Below, piece after piece: positions 7,298-16,041 of a DNA stretch of 39,252 nucleotides (position 1 is the first letter of the stretch; each line of letters opens with the position of its first letter). Origin of the DNA: Candidatus Binatia bacterium (GTDB lineage: Bacteria > Desulfobacterota > Binatia > HRBIN30 > CADEER01); NCBI GenBank assembly GCA_028282445.1, contig JANQHZ010000535.1, positions 1 to 39,252 on the forward strand. Direction: 5' to 3'. Position numbers and translations under genes: made by a program. The notes beneath the pieces are model-generated. The model saw only the letters and a list, made by a program, of their open reading frames with translations, was not told where the DNA came from and ran no database searches.

Positions 7298-9190
7298 CTA
7301 CTCGATCCGAATGATCATCTGAGCCGGCGGCCCCGGATTACCCAGCACATCGAGCAGCCGCACGCTGACCAGCGTATCCCCTTCGGGGAACGCGAGGTTC
7401 TGCGACACCAGGCCACAGAACTGCACCGTCGAGTCATCGCTCGCGCAGCCGAAACCGCCGTCCGGCATCAGTAGACACGGCGAACCGCCGGCGCAGCGTC
7501 GACCGACCGTCGCGCCCTGGCCGTCGACGAAGCGGCAGCCGAGGTCGTTGGCGGCGTCGGTGATGTCCGGATCGTCCGCGAAGCTCGGCGGATTCACCGC
7601 CGGAACTCCACCGAGGACCGGTGGCGTGTCGTCGCACACCTCGGCGCTGCCGTTGCCGAGGGGTCGAGTGACCTGGACCTGGAGGTCGGGCGCGCCGATC
7701 AGCTTGAATGTGTTCAGGGCCGGTTGTCGAAAGCTGACTCCCGACATCCCCTCGACGACGATCGTAAAGCCGGAGCCGAACGGGCGCACGTAAACCGGGG
7801 CGCCGTCGATCACCTCGCCGGAGGGCTCGATGAGCAAGTCCGCCGCGGTGGCCAGTCCGAGATGAGTGATCTCGGGCCCGATCGGAACCGACGACGTCGG
7901 TGTCGGCGTCGGGGTTTCGGTACGGGTGCGCGTGAAGGTCGCCGTCGGCTCGGCGACGGTCGGGGTAGGCGTGCGGGTAAAGGTCCGCGTAAGCGTCGGC
8001 GTACGGGTCGGCGTCTCGGTCGGAGTCGACGTCGCCGGACGCGGCGTTCGCGTGCGTGTCGGCGTGTGCGTCGGCGTCCGCGTATTCGATGGAGTGCGGG
8101 TCGGCGTATCGGTACGCGTGCGGGTCGGTGTGTTCGAGGGAGTTCCCGGTCCCGGCGTATCCTCCGGCGTGTGCGTGCGGGTCGGGGTACGCGTCGGTGT
8201 CGGCGTCGCCGGTCGGCGCGTGTTGGTCCGGGTCGGCGTCGGTTGCCGACTGGTCGCCGTACGCGTCGGTGTGATCGTGTGGGTGTTGGTCGGAGTCCGC
8301 GTCAGGGTGCGGGTAAAGGTCGGCGTCCGCGTCGGCGTCGCCGTCGGCACCTCGGTATCGGTTGGTGTCGGGGACGGCGTGAAGGTCGGCGGAGGCGGGC
8401 CGCTGCCGACCCGGACGATGAGTCGTCCGACCGGCGACAGGGCGCCGGCGGCGTCGCGCACTTGCACCGTCACCGTCGTGTCGCCGTCGGGGAAACGAAT
8501 GAAACCGTCGACCGCGAGGCAGAACTGCACCCGGCTGCGAAAGCCGCGAACGAAGCCGGTCTGGCCGAACTCATCCTGCGTGCAGGTCGAGCTCGGAGTC
8601 GTCGCCACCGAGAAGCGACACGCCAGATCGTTGATCGAGTTCGAAATCTCCTGCGTGTAGTCGAAGACTTCGGGATCGACCGCCGGCACGCCGCGCGTGG
8701 TGTCGCACACCACCGGTTCGCCGTCGCCGAGGGTGCGATTGACCAGGAGTTGGAAATCCGGCCGCCGACGCGAGTCGTCCGGATCGTGGTCGAATACCGA
8801 CAGCCCGACCGGAGAGCCGTTCGGCCCCGGCGCCGCCTCGACCACGATGTTGAAGCCGAGTCCCGAGTTGAGAAAGTAGACGACCTCGCCACCCGGCAAT
8901 CGCCCGAGTGGCGGCGCGACCCGACCGTCCGGACTCGTAACCCCGAGAAAAGTCAGGTGCGGCCCGTGCGGAAAGGCGATCAGATCGGCGGCGCTGACCG
9001 CACCGTCGCGATTGATATCGGCGCCTTCGCAGGCCTGGTCGGCGCTGTAAACGCGGTCGACCAGGAGGCGGCGCTCGTCATCGGAAATGCTGCCGTCGCA
9101 ATCGACGTCGCCGATCGTCTGCCCGAGGGAGACCGAGGCGAAGACGATCGCAGCCAGCCCGGACAAGAAACGCTGAACCACCCCCATCAT
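7298..9190 (-). CDS. Secreted protein: signal peptide, dockerin/EF-hand-like repeats, two copies of an uncharacterised 4-Cys domain separated by a long PT-rich linker
   Basis: 630-aa ORF. Signal peptide MMGVVQRFLSGLAAIVFASVSLG, then DVDCDGSISDDE...DINRDGAVSAADLIAF. Domain copies span about aa 100-262 and 462-630. A (T/P)-rich linker (TPTRTPT...) spans about aa 265-440. Confidence 0.8.
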   Translation of the reverse strand: MMGVVQRFLSGLAAIVFASVSLGQTIGDVDCDGSISDDERRLLVDRVYSADQACEGADINRDGAVSAADLIAFPHGPHLTFLGVTSPDGRVAPPLGRLPGGEVVYFLNSGLGFNIVVEAAPGPNGSPVGLSVFDHDPDDSRRRPDFQLLVNRTLGDGEPVVCDTTRGVPAVDPEVFDYTQEISNSINDLACRFSVATTPSSTCTQDEFGQTGFVRGFRSRVQFCLAVDGFIRFPDGDTTVTVQVRDAAGALSPVGRLIVRVGSGPPPPTFTPSPTPTDTEVPTATPTRTPTFTRTLTRTPTNTHTITPTRTATSRQPTPTRTNTRRPATPTPTRTPTRTHTPEDTPGPGTPSNTPTRTRTDTPTRTPSNTRTPTHTPTRTRTPRPATSTPTETPTRTPTLTRTFTRTPTPTVAEPTATFTRTRTETPTPTPTSSVPIGPEITHLGLATAADLLIEPSGEVIDGAPVYVRPFGSGFTIVVEGMSGVSFRQPALNTFKLIGAPDLQVQVTRPLGNGSAEVCDDTPPVLGGVPAVNPPSFADDPDITDAANDLGCRFVDGQGATVGRRCAGGSPCLLMPDGGFGCASDDSTVQFCGLVSQNLAFPEGDTLVSVRLLDVLGNPGPPAQMIIRIE

Positions 9191-9295
9191 TCGATAGAGA
9201 TGCTCACAAACGACACACTTGCTGCAAAACGAGGGGAATGGGTCGAGATTGGACAGCCGCCGGACGACACCCGCCGGCCATCCAATCTCGTGATC

Positions 9296-10246
9296 TTACG
9301 GACGTCGCCGAACAGGCGTCATGGTCGGCGTCGGGATGCGCTGCGGAGGCCGCGTCGGGCGCGGGACGCGTCGGATGACGAACTTCGACACCGGGCCCGG
9401 ATTGCTCTCGCGGTCGCGCAGGCGAACACTGACCGTCGTGTCGCCCTCGGGGAATCGCCATTTGCGCGCCACCACCATGCAGAACTGCACCGTCGCCTCG
9501 TCGCCGCTGATAAAAGAGAAGTCTCCGTTCGGCGCGTTGGTACACGAAGCATCGGACTCGATGAAGACCTCGAAGCGGCACGACATGTCGTTGAGCGCCG
9601 CGGCGACTTTCGCGGTCTCAGCGAAGCTCGTCGGCTTGATCGCCGGGATGCCACCGAAGTTCGGCGGACGCGCGTCGCAGACTGTTTCGCTGCCGTCGCC
9701 GAGCGGACGATCAACCTGCACTTCGAGATCCGGCCGCTCGGTCGGGTCTTCGGGATCGTAACGGAAAATCGAGCGCCCGGGCTCGAGATTGGAGAACCCA
9801 GGCTTGCCTTCGATTACCATGATGAAACCCGAACCGACGTGATTCAGGAAGATCGGCCACCCCTGCTTGGTCTTGCCGATCGGCTCGGTCGGGTCGCCGT
9901 CGGCGCGCGCCGCACCGGCGAAGGTGATGACCGGCCCGACTACCTTGCCGGCCTTCACGGCGGCGTCCGTCTTCTCGTTCTTGATCGGGCGAACCTTCAG
10001 CTTGTTGGCCTCGACCCGCTCCTGCTGCGACTCCTTGGTGACGACCTTGATCGTCGCCTGCGGAACCGGCGCGGGCTCTTTGCTGTCGAGCTCTTGCACC
10101 GGCGCGGGCGTAACCGCGGGTGCAACCGTCTTCACTTCCGGAGCCCGCACCACCGGCGGCGGCTCGGGCGCGGGCGTCGGCGACGACGTCAACGCGGCAC
10201 ACGAAGCCAGAACCATCGCGCAACACAGCCAGAAAAGCTTTCTCAT
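9296..10246 (-). CDS. Lipoprotein carrying a third copy of the same uncharacterised 4-Cys domain
   Basis: 316-aa ORF. Lipobox MVLASC, GGAGGGG Shine-Dalgarno about 8 nt upstream of the ATG. Residues about 128-294 are homologous to both domains of the 630-aa neighbour (RPDLEVQVDRPLGDGSETVCD, GGIPAI, NDMSCRF, TVQFC, FPEGDTTVSVRLRD). Confidence 0.8.
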   Translation of the reverse strand: MRKLFWLCCAMVLASCAALTSSPTPAPEPPPVVRAPEVKTVAPAVTPAPVQELDSKEPAPVPQATIKVVTKESQQERVEANKLKVRPIKNEKTDAAVKAGKVVGPVITFAGAARADGDPTEPIGKTKQGWPIFLNHVGSGFIMVIEGKPGFSNLEPGRSIFRYDPEDPTERPDLEVQVDRPLGDGSETVCDARPPNFGGIPAIKPTSFAETAKVAAALNDMSCRFEVFIESDASCTNAPNGDFSFISGDEATVQFCMVVARKWRFPEGDTTVSVRLRDRESNPGPVSKFVIRRVPRPTRPPQRIPTPTMTPVRRRP

Positions 10247-10486
10247 TCTGCAACCCCTCCGTTACATACCACGCCGCACAACGCGGCCGGTTCCCCAGGG
10301 AAAGACTTCTGCCGTTCGAGGACCAACCGGGACAGCTAGCCGCGCCGGCTGGACGAGTCAACCGACGCAGGGGCACGGGACCGACGCCGCACGCGCTCCG
10401 CCAAGGCCCCAGGTGCACCCGAACCGCCAACCGCAACCGCCGTCGAGCGCTCGACTCCCGACCGCATTGAGAGTATTGACGGAACG

Positions 10487-10939
10487 ATGCTGAGGAAATT
10501 CGCGATCTCTTCGGTGGTGTGCATTCTCACCCTCGGAATCGGCGCCTGCTCGCAAAAGCTACCGCTCGAGGAAGCCGGAACGACGCCCGATTTCTCGCAT
10601 CTCGCGTCGCCGCTCGACCTGCGCCAGTTCGAAGTCGTATCGTCGGCCGGGGGCTACCGCGGCGTCTTCCTGCGCCTCTCGCGCTTCCCCGAAGCCGTGG
10701 CCACCTCGGATTCGAGCGATCCCGCTACCATCATCCTGACCATCGACGGCCCAACCGGCACCGAGGGCGACGAATCCGCCTACCCCGGCGGCGACAGCCT
10801 GGTCTCGCAAGTGCGCGTCGCGCGCCGCCCCGGCCAGCTGCAGATCATCCTGGACCTATCCATCGCCGACCCGCCCCAATACTCGGTACACCGCATGGCC
10901 GACTGGATCATGGTTCGGATGAGAAGCCCCAACTCCTAA
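10487..10939 (+). CDS. Small lipoprotein, AMIN-domain-like
   Basis: 150-aa ORF with lipobox LTLGIGAC. The C-terminal beta-rich region (VFLRLSRFPEAV...IILTIDGP...VRVARRPGQLQIILDL) resembles AMIN domains. The family call is tentative. Confidence 0.6.
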   Translation: MLRKFAISSVVCILTLGIGACSQKLPLEEAGTTPDFSHLASPLDLRQFEVVSSAGGYRGVFLRLSRFPEAVATSDSSDPATIILTIDGPTGTEGDESAYPGGDSLVSQVRVARRPGQLQIILDLSIADPPQYSVHRMADWIMVRMRSPNS

Positions 10940-11022
10940 GACCCAACGTCCAACCCGCCGCATCGTCCCGCTCCCTAGTGTTTCGTTTTTTCGCGCCCGA
11001 TCGGCGATTGACGGCTTAGGCT

Positions 11023-11129
11023 CAGGCAGAGGCGAGGCTGAGGGTGGTGGTCGCGCAGAGCGCGACTACTATTGCCAGCCCGATGCATCCCCACCGCCCT
11101 CAGCCTCAGCCTCGCCTCCGCCTAAGCCT
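11023..11129 (+). repeat. Palindromic REP/MITE-like element, copy 3 (most complete)
   Basis: Left arm GGCTTAGGCTCAGGCAGAGGCGAGGCTGAGGGTGGTGG. The reverse complement of the right arm reads GGCTTAGGCGGAGGCGAGGCTGAGGCTGAGGGCGGTGG. The core contains the hairpin TCGCGCAGAGCGCGA. Confidence 0.8.
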
Positions 11130-11197
11130 TGATTTTCGTCCCGAAAGCCCGCCCCCCGCTGCTTGATCTACACCCACCCCCTGGCTAGCTTTGCCCA

Positions 11198-11872
11198 ATG
11201 AGGCCAGCGAAGCTCGCACTCGCCGCCGCAGCCGCCGCAGCGCTCGGCGCAACCGGCGCCTACGCCCAGGGCAGCGTCACCGACGCCGCCCGCCAACGCT
11301 ACGAGAGGGCCAGCAAGTCCTCGAATATCGAAGGCGTCGAGCAGAGCATGAGGAGCGACGACGCAATGGAGCGGGTCAAAGGGCTCAACGACCTCACCAG
11401 CATCGAGGACGAAAACGCCGTCGACATCCTACTCCAGGCGCTCGGCGACAAGGACATCCGGGTCCACGCCAAGGCGATCGACGCCTGCGCCGACCTGCGC
11501 GCGACCGCGGCCACTCCCGTCCTCATTCAGCAGCTCTTCATGGCCGACACGCCCGAGCCGGTAAAGCGCCGCATCCTGGCCGCGCTCGGCAAGATCGGCG
11601 ACCCCAGCGCCGCCCAGCCGATCATGGACCTGCTCGACCAGGACCTCGACAACGACACCCGCGGCACGGCGATCTTCGCTCTCGGCGACCTCGGCTCCGC
11701 CGAGTCGCTCGAGCTGCTCGACGGCATCGCCACCGGCGAGGACAACCGAACCATCAAGCGCCTCGCCCGCCAGGCCGCCAGCAAGGTTCGCTACGCCCAA
11801 ACCATCCGCGCCAACGAAGCCAGCCAGCCGCTCAACACCTTCCTGCGCCCCGCCCAGCCGCCGCAGCAGTAG
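11198..11872 (+). CDS. Secreted HEAT-repeat (PBS-lyase HEAT-like) protein
   Basis: 224-aa ORF with an Ala-rich signal peptide ending AYAQG. Repeated units such as AVDILLQALGDKDIRVHAKAIDACADL, RRILAALGKIGDPSAAQPIMDLL and GTAIFALGDLGSAESLELL. Confidence 0.75.
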   Translation: MRPAKLALAAAAAAALGATGAYAQGSVTDAARQRYERASKSSNIEGVEQSMRSDDAMERVKGLNDLTSIEDENAVDILLQALGDKDIRVHAKAIDACADLRATAATPVLIQQLFMADTPEPVKRRILAALGKIGDPSAAQPIMDLLDQDLDNDTRGTAIFALGDLGSAESLELLDGIATGEDNRTIKRLARQAASKVRYAQTIRANEASQPLNTFLRPAQPPQQ

Positions 11873-12007
11873 CTACCAGCTCCCGCGAACGGAGATCGGC
11901 ATCGCTGGTCGTCCGGCGCACCAATCGGCGCGCCCCAAGTTGACCTGACCGACCCCGCGACGTATCTCCCATGCCAGTGCGGGTTCGAAGCGAAAACCCG
12001 CACCCTG

Positions 12008-12091
12008 GGCCTCGTGGTGGAATTGGCAGACACGGCAGACTCAAAATCTGTTGCGGGCAACCGCGTGGGAGTTCAAGTCTCCCCGAGGCCA
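12008..12091 (+). tRNA. tRNA-Leu (anticodon CAA), class II with long variable arm; CCA not encoded
   Basis: Manual cloverleaf. Acceptor GGCCTCG/CGAGGCC; D-arm GTG-GAATTGGCAGA-CAC; anticodon stem GCAGA/TCTGT with loop CTCAAAA; variable arm GCGG-GCAA-CCGC; T-arm GGGAG-TTCAAGT-CTCCC; discriminator A. Confidence 0.85.
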
Positions 12092-12093
12092 CT
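12036..12093 (+). repeat. attL: 58-bp direct repeat (3' part of tRNA-Leu)
   Basis: CAGACTCAAAATCTGTTGCGGGCAACCGCGTGGGAGTTCAAGTCTCCCCGAGGCCACT is identical to 30996-31053. Confidence 0.9.
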
Positions 12094-12192
12094 TAATGAT
12101 TTAAAGGAGTTACGCCAGCACCGAGTGGAGGTCACGACTTCGCAACGGTCGCCGGGGAAGCAATAGGGAAGCAATAGTCGCCAAGACGCATC

Positions 12193-13140
12193 TCATGCGT
12201 TCCCCAGCGCGGCTTCCTGGCAAATTGAGAAGAGCCATTGTGGCAGGTCATCGTACGACCTCAACGTAACCTGAAAAACTCCTCGTTTTTCGAAAAGCCC
12301 CCTCCGGGGATCACTATCGCTGTCGCTGATTCGAACTCCCCAGAACGCATCTTTTCGCTCTGCGGAAGCGTGAGCTTTGTTGGCTGCCGCAAGGAGAGAT
12401 GTCAGGTTCTTGTCGCTCCCAGATAAGCCTAAGAACAGGCAGGTACTTGAGCACATGATGTCCAGGAGCCGCGCGCGCCAAGCGGATGCACTGCTCCCTA
12501 CGACTCGGTCATAGTGCAGTTGAGCAAACACGATCCCCTTCGATGGTGACGCAGCCGGATCCGCCGGGAGGAGACCGTGAGGATGGAGGACCGTTACGTC
12601 TGCTGACCGCTGCCAGCAGGGAAGTTCGCCCACAGACTCTACGCTCGCCCCGTAGTATCGGAGGTACGTCTCAAGCAGATCATCGAAGTTGAAAGACACC
12701 ACACTTGGCACACTGCCCCGCATCGAGGGCATCGTCAGAGCGCCGAGGGACGCAAGCAGCCCGTTCTTGCGAAGGGCATCGAAACTGAGGTCGACCCCCT
12801 CAAAGAGGGCACTACGCACCAGATCCGCCAGGGCCTCGTCTTGGCCTCCGCATCCTCGCATCAATAGCTCCTCGGCCAACTCCTCGGCGTCGAGACTATC
12901 GTCTGCAGGTTTCGGAATACCGGCACTTCTAAAGCATCTATCCACCAGTTCAGCCCACCCAGGCAGATCGTATCCGACGGAAACCCCAGCGCCGAGAAAA
13001 ACAGCCAGCGAACCGCTCCGAAGCTGACCAGCAAGAAAGTTGTTCAGCGTCTTTGCATTCTCAAAGCTGGCTCGGCGATTCATCCGCCCGATCGCTGTAG
13101 ATCGCCGCGGGACCATCTTGCCGTCTGAACGGACTCCCAC
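12193..13140 (-). CDS. SIR2_2-family (SIR2-like) protein, predicted NAD+-consuming effector
   Basis: 315-aa ORF. Motifs LAVFLGAGVSVGYDLPGWAELV, VVSFNFDDLLE (counterpart of TTNYD), VLHPHG (catalytic-His motif) and LFLGLSGSDKNL. GTG start at 13140 with GGGGAG about 10 nt upstream, only 4 nt after the upstream stop. Confidence 0.8.
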   Translation of the reverse strand: MGVRSDGKMVPRRSTAIGRMNRRASFENAKTLNNFLAGQLRSGSLAVFLGAGVSVGYDLPGWAELVDRCFRSAGIPKPADDSLDAEELAEELLMRGCGGQDEALADLVRSALFEGVDLSFDALRKNGLLASLGALTMPSMRGSVPSVVSFNFDDLLETYLRYYGASVESVGELPCWQRSADVTVLHPHGLLPADPAASPSKGIVFAQLHYDRVVGSSASAWRARLLDIMCSSTCLFLGLSGSDKNLTSLLAAANKAHASAERKDAFWGVRISDSDSDPRRGLFEKRGVFQVTLRSYDDLPQWLFSICQEAALGNA

Positions 13141-13144
13141 CTAT

Positions 13145-13786
13145 CTAGTCTCCCCACTTCAAGTAGCCACCGGACGCGAGGAAACTCAGTACGCTGTCCG
13201 TTCGCCGCAGGCTCCTCGCGCCACCATAGTGAAAACCGAGTTCCCCCTTAGAACTTATAGAAACGGCCTCCTGGCGAAGGCGTAAGTCCCGAAGATTAGC
13301 CCGATGGGGCGCAAGATGCGGAAGAATGCTCGAAAACAATTGCGCCTCGCCTAAATCGGCTCCGAACAGCGACATCGATCTAAGCGACTGCCCGAAACCA
13401 TCGACGCGTGCGTAGACACCGCTTAGGGAATAGTGCTGCGGCTGCTTGACCAAGTCTTCAACCAACTGTCGTACATTTACTCGAGGAGTCGACACCTTGT
13501 GACGAATTCCAATGACATCGATCAGCGCAGTGACCAAATCTGCATGCGACGAGACGAGCAAGAAGTGTTGGCCACTGGTCCGCAAAAGGTAGTCGTACTT
13601 AAACTCTCCGCCCTGAGGCTCAGGGCCTTCAACGAGGGGTGATGGATAGCTCAGCGTGAGCAGACACCATCCAGAACGCCCCACATCTCCCCGCACCAAC
13701 TTCTCGTGTCTCCAAACATCTCCACCCACTGGCACTTTCCAGCTCAGCAGATTGCCTGTGGCATTCGTTGGCGCTGCAAAGGTCAC
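13145..13786 (-). CDS. Hypothetical protein (213 aa), middle gene of the SIR2 cassette
   Basis: The ORF track gives 13145-13822. I prefer the GTG at 13784-13786. It overlaps the upstream TGA stop as GTGA and has GGAGG 5 nt upstream. No recognisable motif. Confidence 0.65.
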   Translation of the reverse strand: MTFAAPTNATGNLLSWKVPVGGDVWRHEKLVRGDVGRSGWCLLTLSYPSPLVEGPEPQGGEFKYDYLLRTSGQHFLLVSSHADLVTALIDVIGIRHKVSTPRVNVRQLVEDLVKQPQHYSLSGVYARVDGFGQSLRSMSLFGADLGEAQLFSSILPHLAPHRANLRDLRLRQEAVSISSKGELGFHYGGARSLRRTDSVLSFLASGGYLKWGD

Positions 13787-15672
13787 TCCGCCTCCGAAAA
13801 CGCCAACTGATGCAGGATCCAAACGGACCGCACCAGATGACGGGACTTGTCACCTGCCTGTGAGTCCATGAAGCTCAAAGGGTTAGAGACCCGGTCATCC
13901 GCAAACACATTGCCTGCGACTGCATCCTTGCGCGATCTCGCAACTGTCTCCGATCGCAAGAGCTTCTCGATTCTCGGCGAGTACAAGAAGTGTCGGACGA
14001 CCTGAACTAGCTCGCGGTGCCGGTCAAGCTGATCGAGAAAATGGGACTTGGACTTTCGAAGCTGGGAGCGAGCTTCCCTCACATACTTGTTTTTTGGGTA
14101 CTCCGTCTCCAGGTCCTTCAACAAGCGATCGAAAGTTCGACACACATGCTTTTGACCATCAGCCCTTCGAAGGTGGTTGGAGTAAAGCGCGCACAAGCTC
14201 CGGAGGATGTAATGAGCGATGCGGTCTTGGATGTTCGGTATGACTCCCCAACTGGCCCATATAGACTGAATGTAGCTCTTATCATCCCCGGCGTAGAAGT
14301 AGAGAAAGTCGAAAACATGCGTCATGACCTCGTTGACCTGACTGTGGTGCGCCCGAATCAACTCCCGCAATTTTTCAGCTTCGAGTTCATAACGGTCGGC
14401 GTCGCCGTCTTGATCGCACGAGCGCCATAACGCGAACACCAGAAAGGTCCTCAGATCATCGAATAGCTTCAATCGATCGGCACCAAAGAGATCGAGAACT
14501 TCCTCGATCTGGTTGTCGTCGTCGGGGTGGGGGAGCAGCGTACCCAGTACACCTTCAATCACGCGGTGGCTAATCTCGTGGGTAATTGTCAGCGGAGTCC
14601 AACTCACAGTGTTACAGCTACTGACCAACTCGAGGGGGGCGCTGAGCGAAACTTGCGTGCTGCGAAACCCATCGCGACCGCTGAAGCAAGTAATCAAGGG
14701 CAGAAGATCGTCAAGATCCCGCGGACTCGTCTCCAACTCGCCCTGTCCTGGGTGATCGAATAGGTGGTCTCGGCGCCAGTACGGGTCGTTTCTCGCGAGC
14801 TGAACAAGAGTCGGGTTTGGTCCATCAACCGCTCTAAGCATCTCGAGGCGATCAAAAATGCGAGCTTGGTCAAGCCTACACTCCATGAACTGCCGGACAC
14901 GGACTAGCGCCATTGAAGCCACGCCGATTCCGAGGAGAGAATGCGTCCAGTAATGACATTCCGATTCCAATATCGGACTGGTCCCCGAGTAGGCCTGCGA
15001 CGAGAAGCGCGAAATCGCCGCGTTTGCGGTCACAACCAACCCCTGATCGACGACCGAGTCGGTCTTCTTCAACGCCGCCCTGAAAGTTCGGTCGAACCTG
15101 ACAAAATCCTCACAAAGATCAGGAAAGCTCGGAAACGCGCGCTGGGCTCGACCGACAGCCGTCATCACCAGTGTAAGGTACTCGCGCGACGCAGGCTCAA
15201 GCGCGTCCTGCGTGGTTTCCAACGATTTCCGCAACTGGGCGGGGATCTCCGCCGGGTTTCTGCAGGGAGTAACCTTAGTCTCCACGATGCGCTCGCCGCG
15301 CAGACACCACTCCTCGAAAGGAACACCTAGCGCCCCAGTGAACTCCACAACACGGTCACGGATGGATCTCGAGTCACAGAGAAAGACGAGGTTGTACGCC
15401 CCTAGCGAAACAAAGAACTCTCCCTTCAAGGAGCGCGGCACGGCGCCTGGGAAAACGGGACCGCAGAAGACAATCCAGCGCTTTCTCCGGTCCGACAAGC
15501 TGAGCGCGGACGCACGGTCAATCGAGAAAATGGGGCTGACGCGGCTCGATGACTCCCACTTGGCAAGAACGTCATCGAATCGAGACTCTAAGGAGACTCT
15601 GTACTCAACCTTCCCGGCCTTGAAACACCTTCGGAGATGCAAGAAATGCGTCCCGCCGAGAAGTTTCCGCAT
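13783..15672 (-). CDS. Large hypothetical protein (629 aa) with a single HExxH motif (putative metallopeptidase-like or sensor protein)
   Basis: Long uninterrupted ORF. Contains LTITHEISHRVIEG (HExxH). The C-terminal half looks helical. No P-loop seen. Confidence 0.75.
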   Translation of the reverse strand: MRKLLGGTHFLHLRRCFKAGKVEYRVSLESRFDDVLAKWESSSRVSPIFSIDRASALSLSDRRKRWIVFCGPVFPGAVPRSLKGEFFVSLGAYNLVFLCDSRSIRDRVVEFTGALGVPFEEWCLRGERIVETKVTPCRNPAEIPAQLRKSLETTQDALEPASREYLTLVMTAVGRAQRAFPSFPDLCEDFVRFDRTFRAALKKTDSVVDQGLVVTANAAISRFSSQAYSGTSPILESECHYWTHSLLGIGVASMALVRVRQFMECRLDQARIFDRLEMLRAVDGPNPTLVQLARNDPYWRRDHLFDHPGQGELETSPRDLDDLLPLITCFSGRDGFRSTQVSLSAPLELVSSCNTVSWTPLTITHEISHRVIEGVLGTLLPHPDDDNQIEEVLDLFGADRLKLFDDLRTFLVFALWRSCDQDGDADRYELEAEKLRELIRAHHSQVNEVMTHVFDFLYFYAGDDKSYIQSIWASWGVIPNIQDRIAHYILRSLCALYSNHLRRADGQKHVCRTFDRLLKDLETEYPKNKYVREARSQLRKSKSHFLDQLDRHRELVQVVRHFLYSPRIEKLLRSETVARSRKDAVAGNVFADDRVSNPLSFMDSQAGDKSRHLVRSVWILHQLAFSEAE

Positions 15673-15684
15673 CGGGCAAGCGGC

Positions 15685-15927
15685 TCACTTCTTCTTTGCT
15701 ACTACCCGGTAGGCTGGATCCCCCGCCTTTGCTCGTCGAGCTTTCTCGAAAACAACGACTCGCGCGCCTGACTTGCGAGAAGCCTTCTTCGCAGCGGCCT
15801 TTGTGGATGCTGGCTCCAACACTGGCCCCGTAGCGCAGGTTGCGTCATGGTCGAAATGACCAAACTTCCGCTGCCCCACACCGTTGGCTAGCTTGATTGA
15901 TGGTAACAACTCACGGAGACGCAGCAT
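15685..15927 (-). CDS. Small basic protein (80 aa), first gene of the SIR2 cassette
   Basis: ATG at 15925-15927 with AGGGGA about 8 nt upstream. K/A/R-rich C-terminal half (KAAAKKASRKSGARVVVFEKARRAKAG...VVAKKK). Its stop lies 12 nt before the 629-aa start. Confidence 0.4.
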   Translation of the reverse strand: MLRLRELLPSIKLANGVGQRKFGHFDHDATCATGPVLEPASTKAAAKKASRKSGARVVVFEKARRAKAGDPAYRVVAKKK

Positions 15928-16041
15928 CGTTATTCCCCTTGAGCAAGCCGCAACAAACCACCATCTCCGCCTGCGAGTCGTCCGCCGACTCCACGTTTGC
16001 CCTTACACAAAAACCACAAAAATTCAACCCAATTCGACACG

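Noticed and set aside
7870-8398. Periodic short repeats that could be mistaken for a CRISPR array (also at about 26000-26400 and 38270-38660)
   Set aside because: The repeats are 6-18 bp, in-frame and coding, giving Thr/Pro/Ala linkers. There is no 25-40-bp repeat with unique spacers, and no cas genes are present in the window.
7866-8660. 264-aa ORF with GVGVRVGV periodicity, and the similar 233-aa ORF at 37998-38699
   Set aside because: These are the reverse-complement readings of the TPTRTPT-type linker-coding repeats. The periodicity reflects the sense-strand linkers, not separate genes.
7724-10339. 871-aa plus-strand ORF, the longest in that region
   Set aside because: It is antisense to two well-supported secreted-protein genes. 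The translation is dominated by Arg runs (RRRRCRRRG...). It has no start context and no domains.
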